A stretch of 64,000 nt of DNA from Verrucomicrobiota bacterium (GCA_046346705.1 JAXMHR010000010.1:141602-205601); one strand, 5' to 3'. Shown: positions 49,701 through 55,146, numbered from the stretch's first letter. Translations and numbers: made by a program. Notes: generated by a model not told the origin, from the letters alone.

Positions 49701-50656
49701 TCTCCGACAAGGCTGAACTTACCGCGGTGTTTCCCACGGACCCCTCCCTCCAAGATACCGATGGTGACGGAATCTCTGATTCGGTCGAAAACCTTTATCG
49801 ATCCGATCCAACCTATAATGAGGCGAGCAGCCCCACCTTCTATGGGTGGACTCCAGTTTATCGGAGTATTTCCGCCCAGTGGGAATGGAATCTGGAGAAC
49901 GTCCAACTCGTATGGGATCACGGCGTCGGCGCTCCTGCCCCCACGGACGTCAACGAATTGGAATTGCTCAACCTTTCCGTGCGCAACAGCAACGGAGCGG
50001 ATCCGCAAACGTTCCAGATGGTGCTGCGCTATTTCCGGGGAGTCGTCACCCACTCGTTCTCCAGTGACGCCTTGGGCGGATTCAGCCTCCCAGACGGTCC
50101 CGGAAAGAATCTTCGGGACGAACCCGCATCATCCCGGCTCGACGATATCACGGGTGCCCTCGGATTCAGTGGGTATGGTCCAGCGGATGTCTCCGACCGG
50201 CTGCGGTTCCGGCTCTTTGCCCAAAGGGGAACCGGGAACTCGTGGAATCTGAACTTCGAGATTCGAAACCAGACCAAGAACCAGGTGGTCGTTTCCCGCA
50301 ATTTCCTCAATTGCACCGCGGCCGCATCCGTGGACGCCGGGACAGCAGCCTGGATGGATTCCAACGGCACTACCAATCGGGTATCATTCTCCACCAGCAC
50401 GGGCATCGCCCTTTATTTCTCACCGACACCCCTCGAAACCCGCCCGCAATTTGCAGCGACCCGAGATTCGGATGATGATGGAATTCCAGACGTCTGGGAG
50501 ACCGCGCACGGCGGAAACCCTCTGATTGCCGGAGATGCCTTAAAGGACGTCGACAATGACGGCTTGAATGCCCGGGATGAATACTCTCGCCGGAACCGAC
50601 CCGAAGAATCCGGATTCGGACGGAGATGGGATTCGAGATGGGACGGAGTATCGTAA
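40775..50656 (+). CDS. Giant secreted modular protein: 5 unassigned ~200-aa modules + 16 cadherin-like/He_PIG-type repeats + thrombospondin-type-3-like Ca repeats; probably continuous with the DUF1800 ORF
   Basis: Signal peptide 'MPTLCRARLLVLAFLLLVPSRHLLA'. Single 3,293-codon frame. Repeat architecture was read directly from the translation (see the repeat features and findings). Confidence 0.85.
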   Translation: MPTLCRARLLVLAFLLLVPSRHLLADPQVWQIGTNNPSGGGTGEFSAQNGVNDAPPGSSTALDDDYYTAGTYPAGFNGLASTLTVAANEPWLNWESALTLGDKTNRIHLNLTSAQVTPSSWFRLSFEFASANGTSNGVSLGFGDHDILVQFKNAAGTPTVLFSNRISAATNVVLEFPMSSVVSTAGANTIEFIRTGPSPAGTSYYIAFDYVLLEADAGGNTPPVPTPVGTVAVNELAPLTLNLATSDTDSTAAELVYELISGPVGLAVSPTGTVTWTPTEAQGPGSYGVAVRVTDAGVPRMSATNSFTITVNELNTAPTTATIFNSTFDEGFNYTAQINVSDIDLPANTFTYTILSGPAGLTVSPTGLISWPTTEASGPSVNTVSIKTSDSGPGNLSVTNTFTLTVREVVTAPVLPVPATVTIDEGATYSFQLAATDADLPANTLTYALVSGPAGLTVSTGGLINWVTTEATGPSTNIVQVKVTDNGVPTSSTTNQFQIVVREVNSAPVLPAVTTQYVDALSPMALNIPVVDSDLPANSLTFFLQSGPTGLTLSSSGLASWVPTPSQIPSTNVVVYSVTDGGSPPLSATNQFTVVTRTASLRYLWQIGTESNPGSSAEFSVQNNVNDLAPGKVTRLASDPEYNAVSNPTADDDYYFSGIYPAGFNKLTSLIQVPNDEPSTAWEHSHTLGDLTNRIHFRLGPAQVVGSSQLRFSFKFHTAARYSNNVVQGFGDHDMVVRFRNGNGIETILYSDRISQATNISLLFGSTTAQATLGPNTIEIVRTGPTAVNTSYWITYDYLRLEADASGNTSPVPTPVADTPIDEMVPFSLALGATDSDVPAQSLLFEKISGPANLTISPTGQLAWTPDESEGPATVPVSVRITDSGSPPLSVTNTFNLIVREVNRPPVPVAVGTQTIDELVPWSLTLSSSDPDLPANSLSYSKLSGPGNLAVSTAGVVTWTPAETDGPGTYPVSVLVTDSGSPALSATNNFNVTVREINLAPSIVSVTQQDATELSAFSVNLTAFDPDLPANALSFSLVSGPTGLTVSPGGTVNWTPAEDQGPSTQTVVVKVTDNGNPNLSGTNSFVIVVAETNAPPAFQPIADVTLDELTLLSFSITATDPDIPANSLSYGLVSGPGGLTVSAAGLVTWTPTEAQGPSTNLVLVRATDNGVPSRSVTNQFTVVVREVNTAPTTVSLGVLALDELTSLSASVTASDTDVPGNTLTYQLISGPTGLTVSSSGAVAWNPGETDGPSTNAVLVRVTDNGSPQLSATNQFSVIVREVNSAPSITSLPPTTISQLAPLSLQLTGVDPDQPLNSLSFTLLSGPAGLSVSSGGLATWSPSAVFNRTTNQFIVRVTDSGIPSLSGTNQFTVIVAEPEARTVWQIGIADDPQVLPYNPDAEFGVPNGLVDSAPGAITPPAGGPPPADDDFYFAGTYPAGYFSHATDRVVTNDEPDSAWERALTSSDPLNRFHFLLNSGQIGLRSHLFLTVGLPLGGSVVGGVPASEFGEHDFVVRFRNGIGGITVLYSNRLTFGTNLVLDIPATAVGATLGANAIELERTGPSAPDTTYSLSFDYVRLESVTGANEPPTVGSIPQLTVDELTTLNFTIPSTDSDTPQFNLIHTLLSGPSGLQINASGGLVWTPTEAQGPSTNTVVFRVTDDGVPPLSSTNQLTVVVTEVNTSPTLTPAPDTIISEGSVLNQTLGATDSDLPSNSLTYSLVSGPPGLTVSPSGSMQWTTGEGTGPVSATVYVRVTDNGEPQLSSTNAYTVVVLEVNQPPVMDPVADQTLDELTPLSINLTGSDADVPANTLTYSLVSGPAGMNVSSGGLLTWIPAESQGPSSTLIKVRISDNGTPPMSATNQFTVTVREINTGPVLAAIPNQNISSGTILNLTLSAVDSDLPPNPLTYALVSGPSGMTVSTAGQLTWNPGNAQIPSTNTVQVSVNDNGTPALGMTNQFTVVVTGTAPRFVWAIGTNDAPGTAASKEFTPQNNKNDVKPGSASLLDDDYYTAGTYPAGFNGLTSPLVVASDEAWLNWESSLTLGDKTNRLHLVLDPTQVTPDSIFRLSFEFYLGQMTVSNVASGFGDHDILVLLKNGVGGSTQLFSGRISAPSTNIITLPMSAVGATAGANTIEFIRTGPTAPSTSYYITFDYVLVEVDGGGNLPPILPVLPPINVNEQTTVALDLSATDSDTAKNQLVHTMLSGPPGSTLTTAGQFTWPTTETNGNSSATVVVKVTDNGIPNLSATNQYTINVLEVNRVPVFAAVPQMVADTLTPLSISLSATDPDIPVNALFYDLVSGPDGLVVSPAGKVTWMPSPSQIPSTNTVLVRVTDDGIPPLSATNQFVVVTQPVVDRDAWLIGVDDSPLILPYNPAGEFSAPNYLNDLPPGLVTRLPGDPQYNAGSNPLRDDDFYFTGVYPAGFNGLTSQLLVPNDEPFSAWESMLTQSDRTNRFHFRLNAGQISASGHLQLRFEFPSAFIISNGVASSVFGDHDIVIRFKSGAGDSTVLYSNRVSQPTQATIEIPATNITATLGANSIEIVRTGPNPTSPQYYLYMDYVHLRADAGARLDADGDGLPLAWERDNYLDDNNPADANSDSDHDGLTALQEYNGGVNSTDPRRPDSDFDGLTDAQERLLGTDPNKADTDGDGLTDFEEVNGVPASSPLLVDSDGDGFWDAVERRRGTDPMDPASKPTRFRGAVGISFVSTGGLEGRIGPNALAGVIPQLNWNETAPLTLGSKPSGNLSDIASPVVGQLVRSDGTNLPNLSFSWTADGAASTGNSGTPDSQLMNGYIRASSLMPATLTVSNVPFSQYDVYVVVGAPSDQYQGRVRLGTDPSTDRLFQALSTAPQSEFVDIPAGSAQNRPANVVRYSGLTSTAFSVTVTRVSGTSVGIHAIQIVDTQLDSDLSGIPDWWEVKYALQPGSAALAASDSDGDGLSNIQEYLRGSDPRVADTDGDGIPDGQETAVSALKWDTDGDGISDKAELTAVFPTDPSLQDTDGDGISDSVENLYRSDPTYNEASSPTFYGWTPVYRSISAQWEWNLENVQLVWDHGVGAPAPTDVNELELLNLSVRNSNGADPQTFQMVLRYFRGVVTHSFSSDALGGFSLPDGPGKNLRDEPASSRLDDITGALGFSGYGPADVSDRLRFRLFAQRGTGNSWNLNFEIRNQTKNQVVVSRNFLNCTAAASVDAGTAAWMDSNGTTNRVSFSTSTGIALYFSPTPLETRPQFAATRDSDDDGIPDVWETAHGGNPLIAGDALKDVDNDGLNARDEYSRRNRPEESGFGRRWDSRWDGVS
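40859..41435 (+). repeat. Unassigned module copy A1 (subtype 1)
   Basis: 'VWQIGTNN..EFSAQNGVNDAPPGSSTALDDDYYTAGTYPAGFNGL..NEPWLNWESALTLGDKTNRIHLNL..FGDHDILVQFKN..LFSNRIS..GANTIEFIRTGP..YYIAFDYVLLEADAGGN'. Boundaries are approximate. Confidence 0.7.
41436..42583 (+). repeat. Run of 4 cadherin-like/He_PIG-type ~95-aa repeats
   Basis: Each unit carries 'D.DLPAN(T/S)(L/F)TY.L.SGPAGLTVS..G.I.W.TTEA.GPS.N.V.VK..D.G....TN.F...VREV..AP'-type landmarks. Confidence 0.7.
42584..43198 (+). repeat. Unassigned module copy A2 (subtype 2)
   Basis: 'LWQIGTES..DPEYNAVSNPTADDDYYFSGIYPAGFNKLTS..VPNDEPSTAWEH..TNRIHFRL..FGDHDMVVRFRN..LYSDRISQ..GPNTIEIVRTGP..DYLRLEADASGN'. Confidence 0.7.
43199..44917 (+). repeat. 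Run of 6 cadherin-like/He_PIG-type repeats
   Basis: 573 aa at ~95 aa per unit. Units contain 'DPDLPANSLSY..LSGP.GLTVS..G.VTWTP.E..GPST..V.V.VTD.G.P.LS.TN.F.V.VRE.N.AP'. Confidence 0.7.
44918..45530 (+). repeat. Unassigned module copy A3 (divergent subtype 2)
   Basis: 'VWQIGIADDP..ADDDFYFAGTYPAGYFSH..TNDEPDSAWERAL..LNRFHFLL..FGEHDFVVRFRN..LYSNRLT..GANAIELERTGP..FDYVRLESVTGAN'. Confidence 0.7.
45531..46678 (+). repeat. Run of 4 cadherin-like/He_PIG-type repeats
   Basis: 383 aa, four units with the same landmarks (for example 'DSDLPSNSLTYSLVSGPPGLTVSPSG', 'DADVPANTLTYSLVSGPAGMNVSSGG'). Confidence 0.7.
46679..47257 (+). repeat. Unassigned module copy A4 (subtype 1, closest to A1)
   Basis: 'VWAIGTND..EFTPQNNKNDVKPGSASLLDDDYYTAGTYPAGFNGL..DEAWLNWESSLTLGDKTNRLHLVL..FGDHDILVLLKN..LFSGRIS..GANTIEFIRTGP..YYITFDYVLVEVDGGGN'. 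Confidence 0.7.
47258..47836 (+). repeat. Run of 2 cadherin-like/He_PIG-type repeats
   Basis: 193 aa, two units ('DSDTAKNQLVHTMLSGPPGSTLTTAG', 'DPDIPVNALFYDLVSGPDGLVVSPAG'). Confidence 0.7.
47837..48462 (+). repeat. Unassigned module copy A5 (subtype 2, closest to A2)
   Basis: 'AWLIGVDD..DPQYNAGSNPLRDDDFYFTGVYPAGFNGLTS..VPNDEPFSAWES..TNRFHFRL..FGDHDIVIRFKS..LYSNRVSQ..GANSIEIVRTGP..MDYVHLRADAG'. Confidence 0.7.
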
Positions 50657-52862
50657 TGGTTCGGATCCAGCAAATCCGGCGAGCCTGCCCCAGTTTGCCG
50701 GATTCACCTGGCCCACAGGAGAAGATTTGAATGGTGACGGCTTGCCCGACGCATGGCAGGCATTTTACCACGCCTTCGAACTCGATCCCTCCGGGGACGC
50801 CGATGGCGACGGTCAATCCAATGCACAGGAAGCCCTTTGGGGAACCAATCCGTTCGACCCCGCGTCCAAAGTCTCTCTTACATTCACTCCGCAGGACCCC
50901 AATGTATTGCTAACCTGGCCCAATCAGCCCGGGAAATCTCAGACTCTGCTCTGGAAGACGGGTACGAATGATTGGGTCCAGTATTCGTCACCTCCGCAGG
51001 TGGACAACGGAATCGCCAGTGTTGTCCTGGAGAACCGGATCGCACTCTATACCAGCGAACTGTATCGATTGGACACCGTCGATCAGGATTCCGATGGGGA
51101 CGGCCTATCGGATTGGGCAGAAATGATTATCGGGAGCGATCCCAATAATGCAAACAGCACCCGTTCCCCGGTTCGCATCCTGAGTTCAACGGGGACCGTT
51201 CTCGGATCTGTGTCCGGCGACTATGCCGCATTCGTCGAGCAAATCCGCCAGGCGCCCAACATGGGGGCCCAAAAGATGTCCAGGGTGCACGCCTCCCGCT
51301 TTCTCCAGCAGGCCACCTTCGGATCCACCTCTTCGGAAATCGCCCGCCTGCAACAAATGGGCTACGCAGCGTGGATCGACGATCAGATCCAGAATCAGCC
51401 GAAAACCCTATTTTCCCCCTACATCCAGGAGATCCGAAAGGACTTTTACGGACCCCAGCTGGACCTCACTTACAGCTACGCATCCTTCGACAATGCCGTT
51501 CGGGCGAACAACATTCTGACGAGTTTTGCGCGAGGCGCGCTTCAGGGGCCCGATCAGTTGCGTCAACGGGTGGCGTTCGCCCTAAGTCAAATCCTCGTAA
51601 CCTCACGTCGCGCCGGCCAGTTCCTCATGTCTCCCCTGGCCATGACGACCTACTACGACATTTTCGTCCGAAGAGCCTTCGACAACTACTATGATATCCT
51701 GAGGGAAGTTACGTTCAGTCCGGTGATGGGACAATATCTCAGCCATATCGGCAATCAAAAGGCTATTCCGGAAATCAACCAGTATCCGGACGAGAACTAT
51801 GCCCGTGAGGTTCAACAGCTCTTTACCATCGGCCTCTGGGAGTTGAACCAGGACGGGACAAAAGTCCTAAATTCTCTCGGAAATCCGATTCCGACCTATG
51901 GCACCCGTGAAATCACTGAATTTGCCCGGGTTTTTACGGGCATGTGGTATGGGGGCCAGCCTTGGGGTACCGGCGGATACAACGACGTGGACAATACGAT
52001 CCCGATGAAGATGTGGACGGACAAGCATGACTTCGATTCCAAGTCACTGCTCAAGGGATTCGTTATCCCCGCTCGCACTCCGAGCGTGACGAACGCCGAG
52101 CGGGATGTCGAAGACGCGCTTCACAGCCTTATCGATCATCCGAACACCGCACCCTTCCTCAGTTCACAACTGATTCAGTTCCTGGTCACGGCCAATCCCT
52201 CACCTGCCTATGTCGCCCGAATCGCTGCGGTATTCGCCAACGATGGATCCGGAAACCGGGGAAATCTCGGAGCCGTCGTTAAAGCCATCCTGCTCGACCC
52301 AGAAGCGCGCGACCCGCGATGGATTGTGGGTAATCCGAGCTACGGGCGCCTGAAGGAGCCGATCCAAAGGGCCATGGCAGTCGCCCGGGTGGCCAATCTG
52401 GGGCGGTATCCCAAGCTTCTTTGGTGGAGTTTCGATGATTTCTACAACGCCTCCCTCCAGGAACCCATGCTGGCGCCGACGGTCTTCAACTTCTTCCATC
52501 CTAAATATCAACCCCCTGGCTTAATGGCGGATGCGGGCCTCGTAGGGCCGGTATTTGAAATTACCGACAGTTACACCAGCATTTCCCTGCCAAACAAACT
52601 GTGGGAGTACACGGAGAAGGGATTCCGGTATGACGCCTATCAGTTCCTGCCCGACTATTCCGAGTTACTGGCCATCGCGGACGACGTGGATGCCTTGATT
52701 GACGAGGTAAACGTGCTCTTCTGCGGCGGACTGATGTCGGGCCAGACCCGGGCTCTCCTCCGGGAGCCTCTCCTGCAGATTCCGTCCTATGACCGCCTGA
52801 TGCGGGTCAAGATTGCCATCTACGTCACGATCGCCTGCCCCGAAGGCGCGGTCCAACGATGA
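50568..52862 (+). CDS. DUF1800 domain protein with N-terminal thrombospondin-type-3-like repeats; lacks its own signal peptide and is probably the frame-shifted C-terminal part of the giant ORF
   Basis: DUF1800-type region from about 51270 ('SRVHASRFLQQATFGSTSSEIARLQQMGYAAWIDDQI', 'YPDENYAREVQQLFTIGLWELNQDGT', 'HDFDSKSLL', 'FNFFHPKYQPPG'). N-terminal 'GTDPKNPDSDGDGIRDGTEYRNGSDP' continues the repeat of the upstream ORF. The two ORFs overlap by 89 nt in different frames. Confidence 0.8.
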   Translation: MPGMNTLAGTDPKNPDSDGDGIRDGTEYRNGSDPANPASLPQFAGFTWPTGEDLNGDGLPDAWQAFYHAFELDPSGDADGDGQSNAQEALWGTNPFDPASKVSLTFTPQDPNVLLTWPNQPGKSQTLLWKTGTNDWVQYSSPPQVDNGIASVVLENRIALYTSELYRLDTVDQDSDGDGLSDWAEMIIGSDPNNANSTRSPVRILSSTGTVLGSVSGDYAAFVEQIRQAPNMGAQKMSRVHASRFLQQATFGSTSSEIARLQQMGYAAWIDDQIQNQPKTLFSPYIQEIRKDFYGPQLDLTYSYASFDNAVRANNILTSFARGALQGPDQLRQRVAFALSQILVTSRRAGQFLMSPLAMTTYYDIFVRRAFDNYYDILREVTFSPVMGQYLSHIGNQKAIPEINQYPDENYAREVQQLFTIGLWELNQDGTKVLNSLGNPIPTYGTREITEFARVFTGMWYGGQPWGTGGYNDVDNTIPMKMWTDKHDFDSKSLLKGFVIPARTPSVTNAERDVEDALHSLIDHPNTAPFLSSQLIQFLVTANPSPAYVARIAAVFANDGSGNRGNLGAVVKAILLDPEARDPRWIVGNPSYGRLKEPIQRAMAVARVANLGRYPKLLWWSFDDFYNASLQEPMLAPTVFNFFHPKYQPPGLMADAGLVGPVFEITDSYTSISLPNKLWEYTEKGFRYDAYQFLPDYSELLAIADDVDALIDEVNVLFCGGLMSGQTRALLREPLLQIPSYDRLMRVKIAIYVTIACPEGAVQR

Positions 52863-52893
52863 CCCAGCCGGGATAACTCCACTAAATTAAATT

Positions 52894-54354
52894 ATGACAC
52901 CCATCTCACGCCGTGGCTTCCTACGGCAGATCAATTGTGCCGCAGTCGGTTCGGGCGCCCTTCTCAACACCCTGTTGAATCTCAAGCTGGCGAATAGCCT
53001 GACGGCACAGAGTGCGTCCGGACGCAAGGCGCTGGTTTGCTTGTTTCTCAACGGGGGAATGGATTCGTTCAATTTCCTCGTGCCCACCGATTCGCGGTAC
53101 AGCACCTACTCTGCCTCGCGGGGCGTGGCCGGTTCCGAGGGTGGGCTCTCCCTCGCTCAGGCATCCCTCCTTCCGCTGTCCGCGCCCCTTGCCGACTATG
53201 GATTGCACCCTTCCTGTCCACAGATCCGGGACATGGTCAACGGCACCGGCACCCGGTTCTCCGGGAAACGTCGACTTTCGTTTATCGCGAACCTCGGAAC
53301 ACTGGTTCAACCCATCACCAAGTCTCAATACAATGCCTGGGAGCAGGGAAACAATGCCGCGCTACCGGTGCCGCGCGCGTTGTTCTCCCACGCCGACCAG
53401 GCGGAGCACTGGCAGACGGCGGTTCCACAGGGTCTGCGGCACCTAACGGGTTGGGTGGGCCGGGCAGCGGACATCCTGGATGCTGCGAACAACCAAGGAG
53501 GGATCTCCATGAGCATTTCCCTCAACGGCAACAACGTGTTGCAAGTGGGGAATCAAACCCAGCCGTTTGCGATCACCCCCAATGGGTCCCTGACGTTTTC
53601 GGCAGATGCCGGGGGCTCTCCGATCAACCCACTCCAACTCAAGAACAGCACCCTTCGGAACACGCTGGATCAGCATTACGCCAACTTGTTGACTGAATCA
53701 TTTTCCCGGATCACCAAGGCCGCGGACGAGGCCCAGCAATACTTCCAAGCGCAGTATGAATCCCCCGGAGCAAGCCTCGGCGCAACCGTGGATGCCCTGT
53801 TTCCCGCCAGCAACGCCGTCGCGATGACGCTGAAGGCCGTGCTCAAGTCGATCAAGATTAGCAGTCAACTCGGACTGAGCCGACAGAGCTTTTTTGTAAA
53901 CATCGGGGGATGGGACCACCACGGTGAGCTTCTCGACACCCAGGCGGGCATGCTGGCCACACTGGACACCGCCATTGGCGCCTTCCAGTACGGCTTGGAG
54001 CTTCTCGGTCTCGCCAACGACGTCATCACATTCAGCGCGTCCGATTTCGGGCGGACCCTGCGTTCGAACGGCCGGGGCAGCGATCATGCCTGGGGGGGCA
54101 ATGCCTTTGTGTTCGGCGCACCCGTGGATGGCGGAAAGCTGTTCGGCACCTTTCCCAGCCTCGCTCTGGATGGTCCGGACGACGTCGGACGCGGAGGGCG
54201 GATGCTTCCCAGCATGCCGATCGACAAGTATTTTGCCGAACTGATGCAGTGGTTCGGGGTCCCCAGCGGCAACCTCAGCTACGTGCTTCCCAACATCGCC
54301 AACTTCTATAACGTGAACTCCACGACGCCGCCCATCGGCTTCGTGAAGCCATGA
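52894..54354 (+). CDS. DUF1501 domain protein (canonical partner of DUF1800) with Tat-type leader
   Basis: 'ISRRGFLRQINCAAVGSGALL', 'LFLNGGMDSFNFLVP', 'GGWDHHGELL', 'SDFGRTLRSNGRGSDHAWGG'. Confidence 0.85.
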   Translation: MTPISRRGFLRQINCAAVGSGALLNTLLNLKLANSLTAQSASGRKALVCLFLNGGMDSFNFLVPTDSRYSTYSASRGVAGSEGGLSLAQASLLPLSAPLADYGLHPSCPQIRDMVNGTGTRFSGKRRLSFIANLGTLVQPITKSQYNAWEQGNNAALPVPRALFSHADQAEHWQTAVPQGLRHLTGWVGRAADILDAANNQGGISMSISLNGNNVLQVGNQTQPFAITPNGSLTFSADAGGSPINPLQLKNSTLRNTLDQHYANLLTESFSRITKAADEAQQYFQAQYESPGASLGATVDALFPASNAVAMTLKAVLKSIKISSQLGLSRQSFFVNIGGWDHHGELLDTQAGMLATLDTAIGAFQYGLELLGLANDVITFSASDFGRTLRSNGRGSDHAWGGNAFVFGAPVDGGKLFGTFPSLALDGPDDVGRGGRMLPSMPIDKYFAELMQWFGVPSGNLSYVLPNIANFYNVNSTTPPIGFVKP

Positions 54355-54968
54355 AACGAACGGGCCTCGGGGTCGGTCTCATCATTATTGCGGGTTTGCT
54401 GGTCTGGCTATTCGTCAGGCATTCGCCCCCCCCCGTTTCGGTCCCGGTGCCAGTCGTACCGGAGGCGCCCCCGCCAACATCCGGGATCCGGGTGACGTCC
54501 ACCCCGATCGTCCAAGGGCCTGACCCCGGTTCCCTCCGGCCCTTGATCGGCGAGGAGATGCTTTTGGACTATGGGTCCCCGGCTACGACCCCGGTCAATG
54601 ACCTCAAACTCCTTGGGGCATTGATCAACAACATGGGCCTGCTCGTGAAGAACCTGTATGAGCGGCCCATGAGCGGAAACGAAGATTGGTCGAGGGCTCT
54701 TCGCGGACAGAATCCCGCCCACGAGCGGTTCCTTCCCGACAACTATCGCATTTTTAATTCAGATGGCCTTCTGGTGGATCGCTGGGGGACGCCCTTGTTT
54801 TTTCATCCGGTCGGATACAAGCGGTTCGACATTCGTTCCGCGGGCCCCGACCGTCGGATGTGGACCGCGGACGACATTCATCGGGATGCCGACGGAACCT
54901 TTCGAGAACCTTCGGACCTGAATCGGCCTGGCCTCTACGAACCCCCCGTGTCCGGCAGGCCGAATTAA
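54351..54968 (+). CDS. Membrane-anchored protein with a GspG/pseudopilin-like C-terminal motif but no prepilin cleavage motif
   Basis: The ATG overlaps the DUF1501 stop (ATGA at 54351-54354). TM 'GLGVGLIIIAGLLVWLFV'. C-terminal 'LVDRWGTPLFFHPVGYKRFDIRSAGPDRRMWTADDI' resembles the T2SS G-type 'D.WG.P..Y......Y.l.S.G.D...gT.DDI' pattern. No 'GFTLIE'. Confidence 0.45.
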   Translation: MKRTGLGVGLIIIAGLLVWLFVRHSPPPVSVPVPVVPEAPPPTSGIRVTSTPIVQGPDPGSLRPLIGEEMLLDYGSPATTPVNDLKLLGALINNMGLLVKNLYERPMSGNEDWSRALRGQNPAHERFLPDNYRIFNSDGLLVDRWGTPLFFHPVGYKRFDIRSAGPDRRMWTADDIHRDADGTFREPSDLNRPGLYEPPVSGRPN

Positions 54969-55146
54969 TCCTGCGAGCATACAGGGTCCTAATTCCGACT
55001 GCTAACCCGGGTTTCGCTCTTCGAGAGGAGGTGGACGCGGATAGGCCGAGGTCCTCCACGCAACCGTCTTGTGCACGGAAGATAGTCACGATGATCCGGA
55101 GGGGACCATCGCTGGTGGAACTCCCAGCCCAAAAGATTAGGTATCA

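Noticed and set aside
50575-50595. Programmed +1 ribosomal frameshift joining the giant ORF and the DUF1800 ORF
   Set aside because: I see no known +1 slippery or hungry-codon context (no in-frame stop or obviously rare codon at the shift site), no upstream SD-like stimulator and no obvious downstream structure. A mutation or a base-calling error is the simpler explanation, although a programmed shift cannot be excluded from sequence alone.
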